NCBI RefSeq assembly: GCF_009914755.1
Contig: NC_060941.1
Length of the DNA: 64,000 nt
Source: the human T2T-CHM13v2.0 reference genome, Homo sapiens
Reading direction: 5' to 3' (one strand)
Below the pieces are notes generated by a model, which worked only from the letters and a program-made list of their open reading frames with translations, searched no databases and was not told the DNA's origin. This document shows, one piece after another, positions 41,751-56,197 of the stretch. Both the position numbers and the translations under genes were made by a program. The stretch's first letter is position 1. Each line of letters starts with the position of its first letter.

Positions 41751-44285
41751 AAAAGATGTTAGAGATACCATTTCATGGTGTCCATATTGAGAGCCCAGCA
41801 GCAATGACAGCTTCGAGAATTCAGTGGCCGCATGCAACGCTGTTGGCATTGACAATCCTGCGGTAGTTGTCTGGCGCTCTGACCGTGAAACAGATTGTCC
41901 CTGCAGTGTGACATTAGTTGTATTTTCCAACTATCTAGCTTCTTCTAGTTCTTGACCACATTTTGAGGCTAAGCCTATAGCTTTCCCAACATTCCTGTGA
42001 ACTCTCTATTTCTTTACAATAAAGCCTTTAACAGCTGGCAGATTTGACTCCTATTATTTCAACCAAGATTGTTACACTGCCTACAAAGTAATTCTTCGAG
42101 GCTTTGGCTTATAGTGGGACCCTTCTTGTGTTTCTGGTTTTGGCACCGAGGCATATACGTATGTATTCATGGGTCATTATGTAGAATAGTTGGCTTCTCT
42201 TCGCAGAAAGTTGGCAGAGAGAAAAGGAGATTCAACGTGTCAGTGTACTTTGCTTTCTTGATTCAGATTATTTTTCTATAAACTGAACTATGTAGACTAA
42301 GGGAATCAGGAAGGCAGAGGGTTATGTGTGTCCACTGACCCTTGTTGGTGCCTGTCTCCAATGAGGAACTCTTCTGATTTAGACATTCTTGTGCTTTTCT
42401 TTTCCCAATGGGTATATTTTCATACCATGTGCTGTTCCAAATTCCTGAGTTTCTGGTGAGAACCACATGTTGCCTTGTTCTGTGTGTCTTCACTGGGTGT
42501 ATTTTTATGGTGCATGCCCATTACTACCCAACCCTTTGCTCCTGTTGCTCAGACAGTCATGATTTGTAATAAGCAACTCTGTTCCTCAATCCCAATTGCC
42601 CCAAAGCGACACGAAAAACAAGGTTGAGTTGGAGCCAAGGGAGAGAGAAAACCCTCGGTAATGAGTCATGGGATAGGGCAAAACAGGCACGCAGATTATC
42701 CCTGGCTTCTTAGGGGCTTCTTCTTCAGATGTGAGGCTGCTGCTTCTTCTCCCCAGTATCTTTTTGCTTTGGAGGTCAGATGGCAATTTTGGTGGAGATT
42801 ATACTGTGGACACTGTGCTTGTAAGACTTCTTCCTTCTCCTGCATGAGCTATGTATGAGTTGAGGAATGCCTTCACAGAATCAGCAAGTTCTCAAATAGC
42901 TCACATTTTTCCAGGCTATCATGGGTATCTCCCATGCATTCATAGGTTTGTAGATAGTCAGGTATGTATGGAGAGTTAAGTTTCTCAGATTTTCTATGCT
43001 TGTGGACTTCCATGTTTCCTCCATTAAATTTCTTACTGGTCTGCTTACTGCTCTGAATTGCATTCCCTGCCTGCAGTTGTAGAGCTGTGGGTCTTTGCTG
43101 CCAGCTTCAATCTGGCATTGCCATCTCTCCCTACCTGTAATGATGCAGGTTCTGAAGACTGAGTGTGTTGGAAAGGACGACCACAGCTCCAGGAAAGAAG
43201 GCCACATACCCACCACTACTATACCAGATACAGCAGCACCATTTCAAGAGGAAAATCTTCACAGTTTCTTGTGTCTCATTTTTTTTTGTTGTTGGTCATT
43301 TTTTTCAGTACCTCAAAATAATTATTTTAAATAATTTAGTCCAGTTTTGTGCTTGTTTTCTAGGAATAGGAATTATCTGACCTCATGCTGCCTTTACTGG
43401 AAATAGTCTTACAATTGTTCTGGGAAAGAAGACAAATGAATTTTTATGGGACTCTCAGTTCTCATATATGAGTGTTTATTATATTTCTCATGGAAAAAAT
43501 AAAGTTGCTCTTGATAGAATGTCACCACTATGGAGTTATTTTCTGATATACCTACAGGGGTTATTTTTTAAGATTTCTTTTTTGTTTTGTGGAATGTTCC
43601 AGACTGATACAGCTCTCTCTCTAGAGGTCTTTTGCAGCTGCAGTATTTTCAAGGGTTCATTTGTTATTAAATCTGGCTGGCCAGAGTAGGTTAATTCCTT
43701 TGAGATACAGCTGCAGCCATTTTTAATGGCAAAAGACGCTATTTTCTTTTAAAATCATTTGTACAAATGGAGTATCATTTTACATGTTCCTAAATTTTTC
43801 TCCATCCTTTTCCTCCTCTCATTATGTGTTTTCTCGATATTGTTGCTGTTTTAGTTTTTTTTTTTTTTTGTCATTTTACTGTTGTCCCAATAGTTTGGTT
43901 GTACTTTTTAAATAAGCTATTTGAACTCCTTTTTATCAATATGAGAGTGTATGAATAAAAAAAGAGAACACTATATTTAATAATTCAATCATTTTCTTTT
44001 GAAATTCTTCCATGTTTACGCTGAGACACATTCATTACATGGGGCAACTAAGAGCTGTGGAATAACCCACAATCTGCTTTCTGCATCTGATACTTACAAA
44101 AAGCTCAACAGAGTAATGGAGAAGGAGCAAATAAACCTTTCAACCTGTGTTTCTCAGTCTTTTAAAATCTGAGATCCCTTTAAATGAGAAAACATACTCT
44201 CATTGTGCTGTTGGTGTTATGTGAAATGTACAACAAAATATAACAACCTCAGTTAATTTGAGAGTACCTTAATCTATACGTTTAA

Positions 44286-44639
<354 letters not shown>

Positions 44640-44794
44640 TAATATTGCCTCTTGGAACATTGCTCTACTTCTATTTTAATTCACAAATGTAATTAGATGT
44701 TCTGAAAAAGAAATGTAGCTAATTTGATTTAATGGTATCAAAGTCTCAAATGCAACATGAATGCATTGGGAGGGGCTGAGAACCCAGATCCTTA

Positions 44795-45193
<399 letters not shown>

Positions 45194-45814
45194 CTATACT
45201 CTATACTTACTTACTTACTATTATTGCTATCAAAAAATAAGGAAATGGTTTCAGACTATGTGCTTACCAATTCCTTGTCCCGAAACCTTTGGAGTATACA
45301 CTTAAGCAGCATGGCTTAATAAAAACACAAACAAAAGCAGCATTGTTTTTGAAGTCTGGGTCATCAGACGTAACTTGCATCGTGGTTTTGAGTGGAGAAG
45401 AAATAATGCTTATTGTGGTTTTACCTTAAATTGGAATATTTATGTTAATTGCATCATTAGCTCTTCGTCAGTAGTATTAGAGGTTCCAATAGTTTAATAG
45501 GCTTTTCCTGCTTCTTTAAATTCAAAATTCAGACTTCTCAAACTTTTGTTTTTCTAGAGAGCTCTGGCAAGTTTTTGTTGTGATTCAAAATGGCAGCCAG
45601 TCAGCTCCCTGCCTCTCCAGCCTGGGATCCTTTAGCCCCATCCTGTCATCCCAGGGCTCATTTTCTTCCTTTCTGGGTTCTTTGCCAACATTCTTTTTCT
45701 GCCCTGCTGGGATTTCTTAAAGGAGCAAGGCTTTTCACCTTTCTGAACTGCAGAATCCCTATTCCCTGAGACACAACAATATTGAGATTAGACCAGATAA
45801 TAACCCAAATAATA

Positions 45815-46200
45815 ATCTTGCAGGGTGCAAGATTGGATTCAGGAACAACAGGGTGGAGGCTAATGCAGAAATCTGCGTGCTAGATGATGGCAGTTTGGAC
45901 TAGGGTGGTAGCAGCAGATAAAAAGAAGTGAATATCTTTGGGATACCTCTTGAAAGCAGTCAACAGTACCATTGGATCACCCGAGGGGAATGGGGGAGAG
46001 AGAAGTAAAGAATAGTCTCTAGCTTGGCAACTAGGGTGTTTCTATTTACTGAGATGGAGAAGACAAAGAAATGTTAAGACTTCTATTTTTGATGCATTTT
46101 CTTTGAGATGCCAACCAGATATTCAACAGGAAAAAACATCCAAGTGGTTGGATATATGAGCGAGGCTCGAAAGAAAGGTCTGTCTGGTATTTGAAAGTTT
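45815..46200 (-). mobile_element. L2 fragment
   Basis: gatgatggcagtttggactagggtggtagcag...tttactgagatggagaagac. Confidence 0.7.
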
Positions 46201-46321
46201 TGCTTTAAGAGATTGGATTTCAACATTTCTCCCGCCCCCTTCCTGTGTGCTTTCCAGTATTGCAAAGGCCTGGAATTTAAGGTGCTACAAAGCCTCCTCT
46301 CCTTAGTTTCAGAACCACCAC

Positions 46322-46398
46322 AGTGGTTGCAGTGAGCCAAGATCGTGCCAGTGCACTCCAGCCTGGGTGACAGACTGAGACCGCATCGAAAAAAAAAG
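46322..46398 (+). mobile_element. Alu 3' fragment, about 75 bp
   Basis: ggttgcagtgagccaagatcgtgccagtgcactccagcctgggtgacaga with an A-tail; no TSD seen. Confidence 0.85.
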
Positions 46399-46497
46399 GA
46401 CTTGGATACACGCTACCTCTCAATCCCAGCACCAAGACTTCAATCACTCAGGCTCCCAAAGGCTAAACTCTCAACTCCAGAACCTCTATTTAGTTTA

Positions 46498-48870
46498 GGG
46501 GTAGACCTTGTTTTATTGCACTTCCCAGATACTGTTTTTTTACAAATTGAAGGTTTGTGGCAACTCTGTGTAGAGCAAGTCTATCAACACCATTTTTCCA
46601 ATTGCATAGGCTCACTTCATGTCTCTGTCTCACATTTTGGTAATTCTAGCAATATTTTAATCTTTTAAATTATTATTATATCTGTTATGATGATCTGTGA
46701 ACAGTGATCTTTGGTGTTACTATTGCAATTGTTTTGGGCCACTACAGACCATTCCCATGTAAGATAGCAAACTTAATGAATAAATTTGTGTATTCTGACT
46801 GCTCCACTGACAGGCTGTTTCCCTATCTCTCTCCTTCTCCTTCAGCCTCCCCATTCCCTGAGACACAACAATATTGGGATTAGGCCAGATAATAACCCTA
46901 CATGGCGTCTGAGTGTTTAAGTTAGTGGAAAAGTCACATGTTTCTCATTTTAATCATAAGATTAGTGAAGAAGGCATTTTGAAAGCTGAGATAGGTTGAA
47001 AGCTAGGCCTCTTGTGCCAAACAGCAAATTTGTGAATGCAAAGGAAAAGTGCTATTTGAAAGTGCTATTTCACTGAACATATGAATAAGTAAGCAAAACA
47101 GCCTTATTACCAATATGGAGAAAGTTTTAGGGGTCTGGATAGAAGACCAAACCAGCCACAGCATTCTCTGAAACCAAAGCCTAATCCAGAGCAAGGCCCT
47201 AATTCTCTGTAGTTCTGTGAAGGCTAAGACAGGTGAGGAAGCTGCAGAAGTAAAATTGGAAGCTAGCAGAAGTTGGTTCATGAGGTTTAAGGAAAGAAGC
47301 CATCTCCATAACATAAAAGTGCAAGGTGAAACAGCAAGTGCTGATATAGAAGCTGCAGCAAATTATCCAGAAGACCTAGCTAACATAATTGATGAAGATA
47401 GCTACACTAAACAATAGTTTTTCAATGTAGATGAAACAGCCTTCTATTGGAAGAAGCTGCCATCTAGGACTTTTCCCATAGCTAGAGAATCAAAGCTATT
47501 ACCTGGCTTCAAAGTTTCAGAGGACAGGCTGACTCTCTTGTTAGGTGATAAAAATGTCGCTGGTAGCTTAAGTTGAAGCCAATGTTCAATTACCATTCAA
47601 AAAAATCCTCAGGCCCTCAAATGATGCTAAATTTACTCTGCCTGTACTCCATAAATGGAACAACAAAGCCTGCATGGCAGAATATCTGTTGATGGCATGG
47701 TTCACTGAATATTTTAAGCCCACTGTTGAGATCTACTACTCAGAAAAAAGATTCTTTTCAAAATACTATTGCTCATTGGCAATGCACTTAGTCAAGAGCT
47801 CTGTTTGAGATATACAAAGAGATGAACGTTGTTTCCATGCCTGCTAACACAACATCTATTCTGCAGCCCATGGATCAAGAAGAATTTCAGCTTTCATGTC
47901 TTATTAGTTAAGAAAGACATTTCATAACGCTATAGCTGCCATAGATAATTTTTCTTCTGAGGGAGCTTGGCAAAGTAAATGAAAACCTTCTGGAAAGGAT
48001 CCATCATTCTAGATTAATTACATTTACTAATTACATTAATAATATTTGTGATTCATGGAAGGAGATCAAAATATCAACATTATCAGGAGCTTAGAAGAAG
48101 TTGATTCCAACTGTCATGGATGACTTTGAGGCAGTCCAAGACTTTGGTGGAGGAAGTTACTGCAGATGTGGTGAAAATAGCAAGAGAACTAGAATTAGAA
48201 GTGAAGCCTGAAGATGTGACTGAATTGCTGCAATCTCATGATAAAGCTTGAATGGACAAGGAATTGCTTCTTATAGATGATGAAGAAGTGGATTCTTCAA
48301 GAGGAATTTACTCCTGATGAGGATACTGTGAATGTAGTTGAAGGGACACAAAGATTTAGAATATTATATAAATGTAATTGATGAAACAGCAGCAGGGTTG
48401 GAGATGATTGAGTCCAATTTTGAAAGAAATTCTACTGTGGGTAAAATGCTATCAAACATTATTGTATGAGACAGAGGAATCTTCTGTGAAAGGAAGAGTC
48501 AATTGATGCAGCAAATTTCGTTGTTGTCTTATTTTAAGAAATTGCAACAGCTCCCCAATCTTCAGCAATCGTCACCCTGATCAGTCATAGCCATAAATAT
48601 TGAGGCAAGACCTTCTACCAGCAAAAAGATTATGATTTGCTAAAGGATCAGATGATCGTTAGCGTTTTCTTTTTAGCAATAAAGTACTTTTTCATTAGGA
48701 TATGTGCATTTTTTTGCACATAATGCTATTGCACACTCAGTAAACTAGAGTGTGAACATAACTTTCATATGCACTGGGAACCAAAGAAATTGTGTGACTT
48801 GCTTTATTTTGATATTAACTTTATTGCGGTCATCTGGAATGAAACCTACAATATCTTCGAGGTCTTCCTG
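46498..48870 (+). mobile_element. Near-full-length Tigger1 (TcMar-pogo) DNA transposon; transposase is dead
   Basis: TA flanks (46496-46497, 48871-48872) and degenerate TIRs. Peptide [47 protein letters not shown], then [11 protein letters not shown] and LQPMDQ. Confidence 0.95.
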
Positions 48871-49443
48871 TAGGTCTCATCTATATTTTTCTTAGTTGTG
48901 AGGGGAAGGATCAGGACACAAATTTTAAATTATCAAAAAAAAAGAGTAAGGACATTCTGGAATTTATAAAAAGAACATTAAGCCTCTCATCTTTCAAAAT
49001 CTTGCTATTTGCCCTCTACTCTGTGGTGGTGATGGTTTAATTTCTTCCCTCAATCCTTTCACAGCTGGTAATGGTCTCCTTATTGAAGGAGAAAAAGGAT
49101 GTCTCTTGAGACACTCAGTTCCGACCACTTAAAGACACTGCATATCTTCCCTGTTCTCTTTAGCATCTCTTGTTCAATGTATTTCTTGGCCTCTCTGGGA
49201 TCTTAGACGATTGTACATATTTTTTTAATTGCAGGAAAAATCCTCCCCTATAGTTTTAATTCAATAAAGTCTTTAAAAGACTTCGTTGAAATTTGAAATT
49301 TGCACAGGCCTAGAGAGAAGGAGAGGTAAGAAAGCAGAAAAGCAATTTAAAGCACAGAAACTGGAATAGGCAGGAGCCCAGGACAGAGAGACAGAAACCA
49401 TATTTCCTTGACCCTAGTTTACCTGGCTGAAAAGTGAAGAGTT

Positions 49444-49733
49444 GGCCGGGCACAGTGGCTCATGCTTGTAATCCAGGACTTTGGGAGGCCGAGGCGGGCA
49501 GATCACCTGAGGTCGGCAGTTCCAGACCAGCCTGACCAACATGGAGAAACCCTGTCTCTACTAAAAATACAAAAAAATTAGCTGGGTGTGGTGGCGCATG
49601 CCTGTAATCCCAGCTACTCGGGAGGCTGAGGCAGGAGTCGGAAGTTGCGGTGAGCTGAGATCGCGCCATTGCACTCCAGCCTGGGCAACAAGAGCGAAAC
49701 TCCATCTCAAAAAAAAAAAAAGAAAAGAAAAAA
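49444..49733 (+). mobile_element. AluSp-like element with an internal right-arm deletion
   Basis: Diagnostic ggagaaaccc; 15-bp TSD gaaaagtgaagagtt (49429-49443, 49734-49748). Confidence 0.93.
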
Positions 49734-51639
49734 GAAAAGTGAAGAGTTGGTTCATTAGGCATCAGAATTGTTTCTTCCATGCCAATAAATTAATTTTAAT
49801 TGAACGTATCTTTCAAATACAATTTGGTATAGTGTCTACACAGAGTAAAAAGAAAACAAAGAGAAGTTAAAATAATTTTATAGACTATGAGAAGAAAAGA
49901 AGGATAGTATAAGATTGGCCATAAGAAGCAAAAGGAATTACCTTTCACGCAGCAATATGTTTCCTGCCTTTTGTGGCCTATAAATATAACTAGTTATGAC
50001 ATGTTGGGAGTAATATAATGTTTTCAGTTCCAGTTTTCTCACTGGCCTCTGAAATGTAAATATCTGCCAGTCAGTCATCAACTTTTTACAGTTCACCATG
50101 CTCTGTGTGGTTCTAGGTTTGTAATAATGGATTTCCTTTGCAGATATATCAGGTGACAACAGCACCAGATCTTGGGCTCACATAAAGCCACGTGAAGAGT
50201 TGGGCAGGGTTTTCCTTGCAAAAGAGCAGGTACAAAACATAAGCTCATTTGACACAGTTGTCAGTCTCATTTTCCCAAAAATGTGGGTGTCTGTGGTATC
50301 AATGCTAGTTGGATCCATAGGCTGAATAAAAATCCTTTTTGGTGCTGAAACTCTGCCTGCCCCGGGATATCTCTCCCACTGACCTCCCAAGTACCTTCAG
50401 ATAACAAAGATTGAGCTAGTTTGTACTGTTTCTTTGGATGACAGCATGAATTCTTCCATTGAAATAAATTTGTTTAGTGCATTATTTGCAGACATCTCAG
50501 TTGGCCCTTGGGAAATGAAGTAAAAAAAAAAAAAGAAAGAAAAAACAGGTACATTTTGATGTGTCACTGAAGAATTGAGGGAATAGGAGCAGGAAGGGAA
50601 CCATCCAGGATGTGAGAGAACTTGGAGTTCTGGGAACAGCCAGGCAGCTGCTTGGTGCTGGTATTGCTTTTGTCATTTTTGGTTGCTATGGTCACCCTCT
50701 GAAGTGGGTACTGATATTTCCATTTTCCGGGTAATGAAACAAAGTCTGTGTAGATGATAAATGGCAGATCCCAGATTAAATTTAGGTCAAGATCTTAATC
50801 ACTGTGCCATTCAGCAGCATTTACTGCAGGAAGAGAGTGAATTTTAGTCATCTATTGTTTCCCAGAAGGAAAGGTGTGCACAAAACTGGCAGAGAAAGCT
50901 CAGACCATCATCTCCCTGACTCAGAAAATCTTGCTTAATTATGTTTTACACATGTAGATAATCATGTATCTTGTACTTTTAGAGGATTGTTCTAAGAAGT
51001 GTTTCTGCTTTCCACCACTTTTTACTGCCTTAATCATGATGTGGTGTTTTCTTTGTTTACATTTTGGTAGAAGATTGATTAAAGCAGCAAACTAGCTCTA
51101 ATTGTGTACTTATAAATATTCTTTAATCTTCCCAAGTGTTTATATTTTCTCTTCCTAATTTGATTACAAGCATTTCAAAAAGCAGAACTATATCCAACTC
51201 ATATTGAGTTCTCCAAAAAGTGTTTAATAAATGCTTGGAAGCAAAATGGGCTAATGGAAACTTTATGAACTTCAGGCTTAAGAGAGAATCCACTTGGTTG
51301 TACCTCTTAGAGAAGGTATATGGCAATGACATAATTTTACTATTATTGGTCCTAAATAACCTCAAGATACAGTAGAAACTGTGGTCTTATTTTTAAAAAG
51401 AATAGTCAATGCAAATTTCAAAATTTGACAGATTCAAATACACACCAGTGTTAAATGCTAGTTTAACACACACCACACACACACAAACACACACACACAC
51501 ACGTATGGTATTTTAAGATTCACTGTCCATATGATATCCATACTATTCAAGATAGTGATATTAGAATTTAAGCCAGTAAAAGTTTAGCTCTTTTGAAATA
51601 GGTATAAATCTTATCAGTATATAAGAAGTATTTATGACT

Positions 51640-53220
51640 CTGGGATAACATATTCAAAGTGCTGAAAGAAAATAAAGAAACTGTGAATCAGATACTTGAT
51701 ATCCAGCCTACCTACTATTCAAATGTGAAATTGGAAAAAATTACATTTTCAGATAAATGGAAACTGAAATAATAATTTATTGCCAATAGACCTGCTATAA
51801 AACAAAACAAAAACTTAAAGGACATGATTTCATCTGAAGGTAAATGAGACTAGATGGCATTTCAGTTCTTTAGGGAGAAACAAAGAACACCAGGCATTGT
51901 AAAAATATATGCAAATAAAATAAATGATGCGTATTTTCTTTGTTTCCTTAATTTTGTTGATATAATATGGCTTTTTAAAGCAAAACATTACATTATATTG
52001 ATGGTTTTTATAATGTACATAGTTGAGATATGTAACAAAATGTGGTGCAAGGATGGGAATAAATTGAAATATACTATCACAGAGGTTCTTTATTATGCAA
52101 GAAGAAAGTCAGTATCAACTCTATATAGATTAGTATAAATTTAATATGTGTTGTAATTCCCAGAGCAGCCACTAAAATGTATGTGAAGAGAAGCTGCTAG
52201 AAAGCCAATAGAAAAATTAAAATTGAATGCCAGTAAAAGGCAAGATAGGAAAAAACAAGGCAATAGTAATAACTACAATATCTGAAAAAAGAGACACAAA
52301 TATTAAATGATACAATCCTATGAATAACTACATTAAATGTAAATGAACTTAACATTCCGATCAGAAGATAAAGACTCATACTTGATATAAAGGCAAGAAC
52401 TAAGTATATGCTGTGTACAAGAGATACATTTGAACTACAAAGACACAAATAGACTAAAGGTAAACACATGGAAAAAGATATACCATGAACAAGATAGCCA
52501 GGAGAAAGCTGCAGGAACTATGTTAATATTAAAAATAGACTTCAGTATAAGGAGGGACACTACAAATGATAAAAGGGTCTGTGCATTAGGAAGATATAAC
52601 AATTTTAAATGTATATTTGCCTAATAACATTGTGAAAATATGTGAGACAAAATCTATGAAGAAAAATAAGGATAAGCAGATAAATCCACAAACGTGGATG
52701 GAGACTTTAACACACACTCTAAGTAGCTGACAGAATAATCAGATCTAAAAAGAGATATAGAAAGTCTAAATGACAGTCAATGACTTTATCCCAATTGACA
52801 TTTACAGAACACTAAAACAACAGCAGCGGAACACACATTTTAAAAAGCACATCTATATAGATACGCATAGTTAACACCCAGTATTTGCACTCTGAGATGC
52901 CTAGTGAGATCTGTTTACATACAAATTAAATAATGCAAACAATGGTGAGAGGACGGAATTGTCAGCAAAGGGTGTGAGAGAACTTTTGTTGCAAATGGCA
53001 AAGTTGTATACCACAATTGAGGCATTGGATGATATATATATAAATCCTATATATATACACACACACACACACAATTTGATGAGTTTTGACAAATGCATAT
53101 ATTTGTCAAATGCATATATTTGTCAAAAAATATATATCAGTGTGTTTGTCAAAACTCATCAAATTATACATTTAAAATTGCTGACTTTTATTGTATATAA
53201 ATTACACTGTAATAAAAATA
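51640..53220 (+). mobile_element. Old L1M fragments (ORF1 end, endonuclease start, 3' end)
   Basis: atattcaaagtgctgaaagaa, acattaaatgtaaatgaactt, ggagactttaacacac, and a 3' UTR tttgtcaaaactcatcaaatt...aataaa. Confidence 0.8.
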
Positions 53221-53405
53221 CTCATCCTCTAAAACCCAATGATGAACTCTTCTGAATGTTAAAAATGGAAGGAATAAATGGGTACAATTTATTTCCACAA
53301 AAATATCATCACCTTTTATTTACCAATAATGCATACATACATAGCTTCCTTTTTCAATAATTGCTTTATAGATATTTTTAATGATACTGAGTAGCCATTA
53401 CTCTT

Positions 53406-54525
53406 TTTTTGGGGGGGTGGGGTACTTATTTTTTTTTTCTTTTATTATACTTTAAGTTTTAGGGTACATGTGCACATTGTGCAGGTTAGTTACTTATGTA
53501 TACATGTGCCATGCTGGTGTGCTGCACCCACTAACTCATCATCTAGCATTAGGTATATCTCCCAGTGCTATCCCTCCCCCCTCCCCCCACCCCACAACAG
53601 TCCCCAGAGTGTGATGTTCCCCTTCCTGTGTCCATGTGATCTCATTGTTCAATTCCCACCTATGAGTGGGAATATGTGGTGTTTGGTTTTTTGTTCTTGC
53701 AATAGTTTACTGAGAATGATGATTTCCAATTTCATCCATGTCCCTACAAAGGACATGAACTCATCATTTTTTATGGCTGCATAGTATTCCATGGTGTACA
53801 TGTGCCACATTTTCTTAATCCAGTCTATCATTGTTGGACATTTGGGTTGGTTCCAAGTCTTTGCTATTGTGAATAGTGCTGCAATAAACATACGTGTGCA
53901 TGTGTCTTTATAGCAGCATGATTTATACTCCTTTGGGTATATACCCAGTAAAGGGATGGCTGGGTCAAATGGTATTTCTAGTTCTAGATCCCTGAGGAAT
54001 CGCCACACTGACTTCCACAATGGTTGAACTAGTTTACAGTCCCACCAACAGTGTAAAAGTGTTCCTATTTCTCCACATCCTCTCCAGCACCTGTTGTTTC
54101 CTGACTTTTTAATGATTGCCATTCTAACTGGTGTGAGATGGTATCTCATTATGGTTTTGATTTGCATTTCTCTGATGGCCAGTGATGGTGAGCATTTTTT
54201 CATGTGTTTTTTGGCTGCATAAATGTCTTCTTTTGACAAGTGTCTGTTCATGTCCTTCGCCCACTTTTTGATGGGGTTGTTTTTTCCTTGTAAATTTGTT
54301 TGAGTTCATTGTAGAGTCTGGATATTAGCCCTTTGTCAGATGAGTAGGTTGCAAAAATTTTCTCCCATTTTGTAGGTTGACTGTTCACTCTGATGGTAGT
54401 TTCTTTTGCTGTACAGAAGCTCTTTAGTTTAATGAGATCCCATTTGTCAATTTTGTCTTTTGTTGCCATTGCTTTTGGTGTTTTAGACATGAAGTCTTTG
54501 CCCATGCCTATGTCCTGAATGGTAT
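53406..54525 (-). mobile_element. Young 5'-truncated L1PA (PA2/PA3-like), about 1.1 kb
   Basis: Nearly intact ORF2 C-terminus ([18 protein letters not shown]); TSD ccattactctt (53395-53405, 54526-54536). Confidence 0.95.
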
Positions 54526-54669
54526 CCATTACTCTTAACCTTCTCTCAATGTACTTTGCCATCAATAAGAATAGTCATTCTTATTCTTAACAATTTTAAG
54601 AAGGTCGTATTGACTATAGAGTATTGCATTTTTACTTGATATTCACAAAAGGAGCCATGGGCTATAATC

Positions 54670-54853
54670 TAGTGGTTCTCAAATTTAGCATGCATCAGCA
54701 TTACCTGGAGGGCTTGATAAATACAGATTGCTGGGTCCCATCTCCAGAGTTACTAATTCAGTAATTCTGTGTGAACCTCTGGATTTTGCATTTTTAGCAG
54801 GTTCCCACATATGGTGATGATATTGGCACATGAACTATATTTTGAGAACCAAT
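54670..54853. mobile_element. MER5A (hAT-Charlie MITE)
   Basis: TIRs agtggttctcaaa ... tttgagaaccaat; core cagattgctgggtcccatctccagag. Confidence 0.85.
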
Positions 54854-55579
54854 ATTATGAAGACTATGGAGAATAAAAGTGATCATCGGTTTTTCATGTG
54901 CGTTCAAGAGAGCAATTTGAATCTATACATGAGGGGCAGCACGCAAAGCACAGATAAAGTTTTTTTTTTGGTCCAAGGATCTCCAGAGTCACTCACTTAT
55001 TTGAGAGAGACTGTTAGCCAAAATATATTGTTGTTACATTAAGTATTTAATTATGTACCTTTTCCAGGAATGACTCAACAAAGGAATAAACTTCTTTGCT
55101 CAAGAAATACATGCAATTTTAATATTAATTTCAACATTTTCTCATAGTCTGGATGAAAACTCCACTAACATAAAAACCATGTCTTCTTGTTTAGCTTAGT
55201 AATACGGCTAGAGTAAGCAATCCTAACTATCAATGGTGAAGTACCCTGTATATTGATGCTCTTCAGTTTTTCTGGCTTAGAATGTTGTTGTTCTTTTTTC
55301 CCCTTATGAATTCAAAGTTTTCTTTAAAATGAAGGTTAAATTCCTTTTCACTCATAAACATCTTCATTAGATAGCCTTAGTTCAAAATGGATCTTCTTGA
55401 TTTTTGTAGACAGTACCTTTGTTGACAGCATGCCATGTAACATTTGATTATCGTTATCTTTTTGCTTTCTACTAAGTATGTGTAATTTCACTTCTGATTA
55501 AATTGTAAGCACATCAAGAAGCTTCCGGGCTTTCTATGTCCACCGCCTTCTGAATTAAGTTATCAATAAGTGCTTGAGT

Positions 55580-55720
55580 CAGCTTGAGGTAGTGGGAAAA
55601 ACATGGGCTTTGGTATCAGATGTTGTTGAATGCTGGATGGGCTAATTACCAGTTAGTGATCTTGGTTAAGTTACTCATCCTCTTTGAACACAGATTTGCA
55701 TATCTAAAAATGAGAAGGGT
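55580..55720 (+). mobile_element. MIR fragment
   Basis: gtgatcttggttaagttactcatcctctttgaac core. Confidence 0.55.
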
Positions 55721-56197
55721 TTAATTCCTGTGAAATCCACCCCAACTAGCAGCAATGGAGTACACTAAGGCTTGACAAGGTTGTAGGATTTACTCCAAAT
55801 GCATATCTAAAAAATAAGACATATTTCATGGGATTCCAAATCCCAGCATATTTCTGTATAACACAAAAGTTGAATTAGATAGGCAAACTTAAGCCCAAGC
55901 AAATAGAAATATGAGTATTCTTTTCTATGTTAACTGTCTGGTTTTATGGTTGTAAACATGAAGGAGTGCAGTACCAGGAAGTATGTGGAGTTGGTGTTTC
56001 ATTATTATACTTGGTAAACAAGAGTAATAATTAGGCTAATATCACAAACATTGGCCTAAATATTAGTTTAGCAGAAAATCCTATTTTGATGGTCTTAAAG
56101 TCCAGTAATTATGCTTATATTAGAAAATATTTTTAATGAAATTTGTAAGCAGGAAGCCACCGAGTTAAGAAAAAGACACATGAAATAGAAAACGTAT

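Noticed and set aside
53649-54251. 200-aa ORF with a Cys/His-rich motif
   Set aside because: This is the L1 ORF2 C-terminal domain of a truncated insertion.
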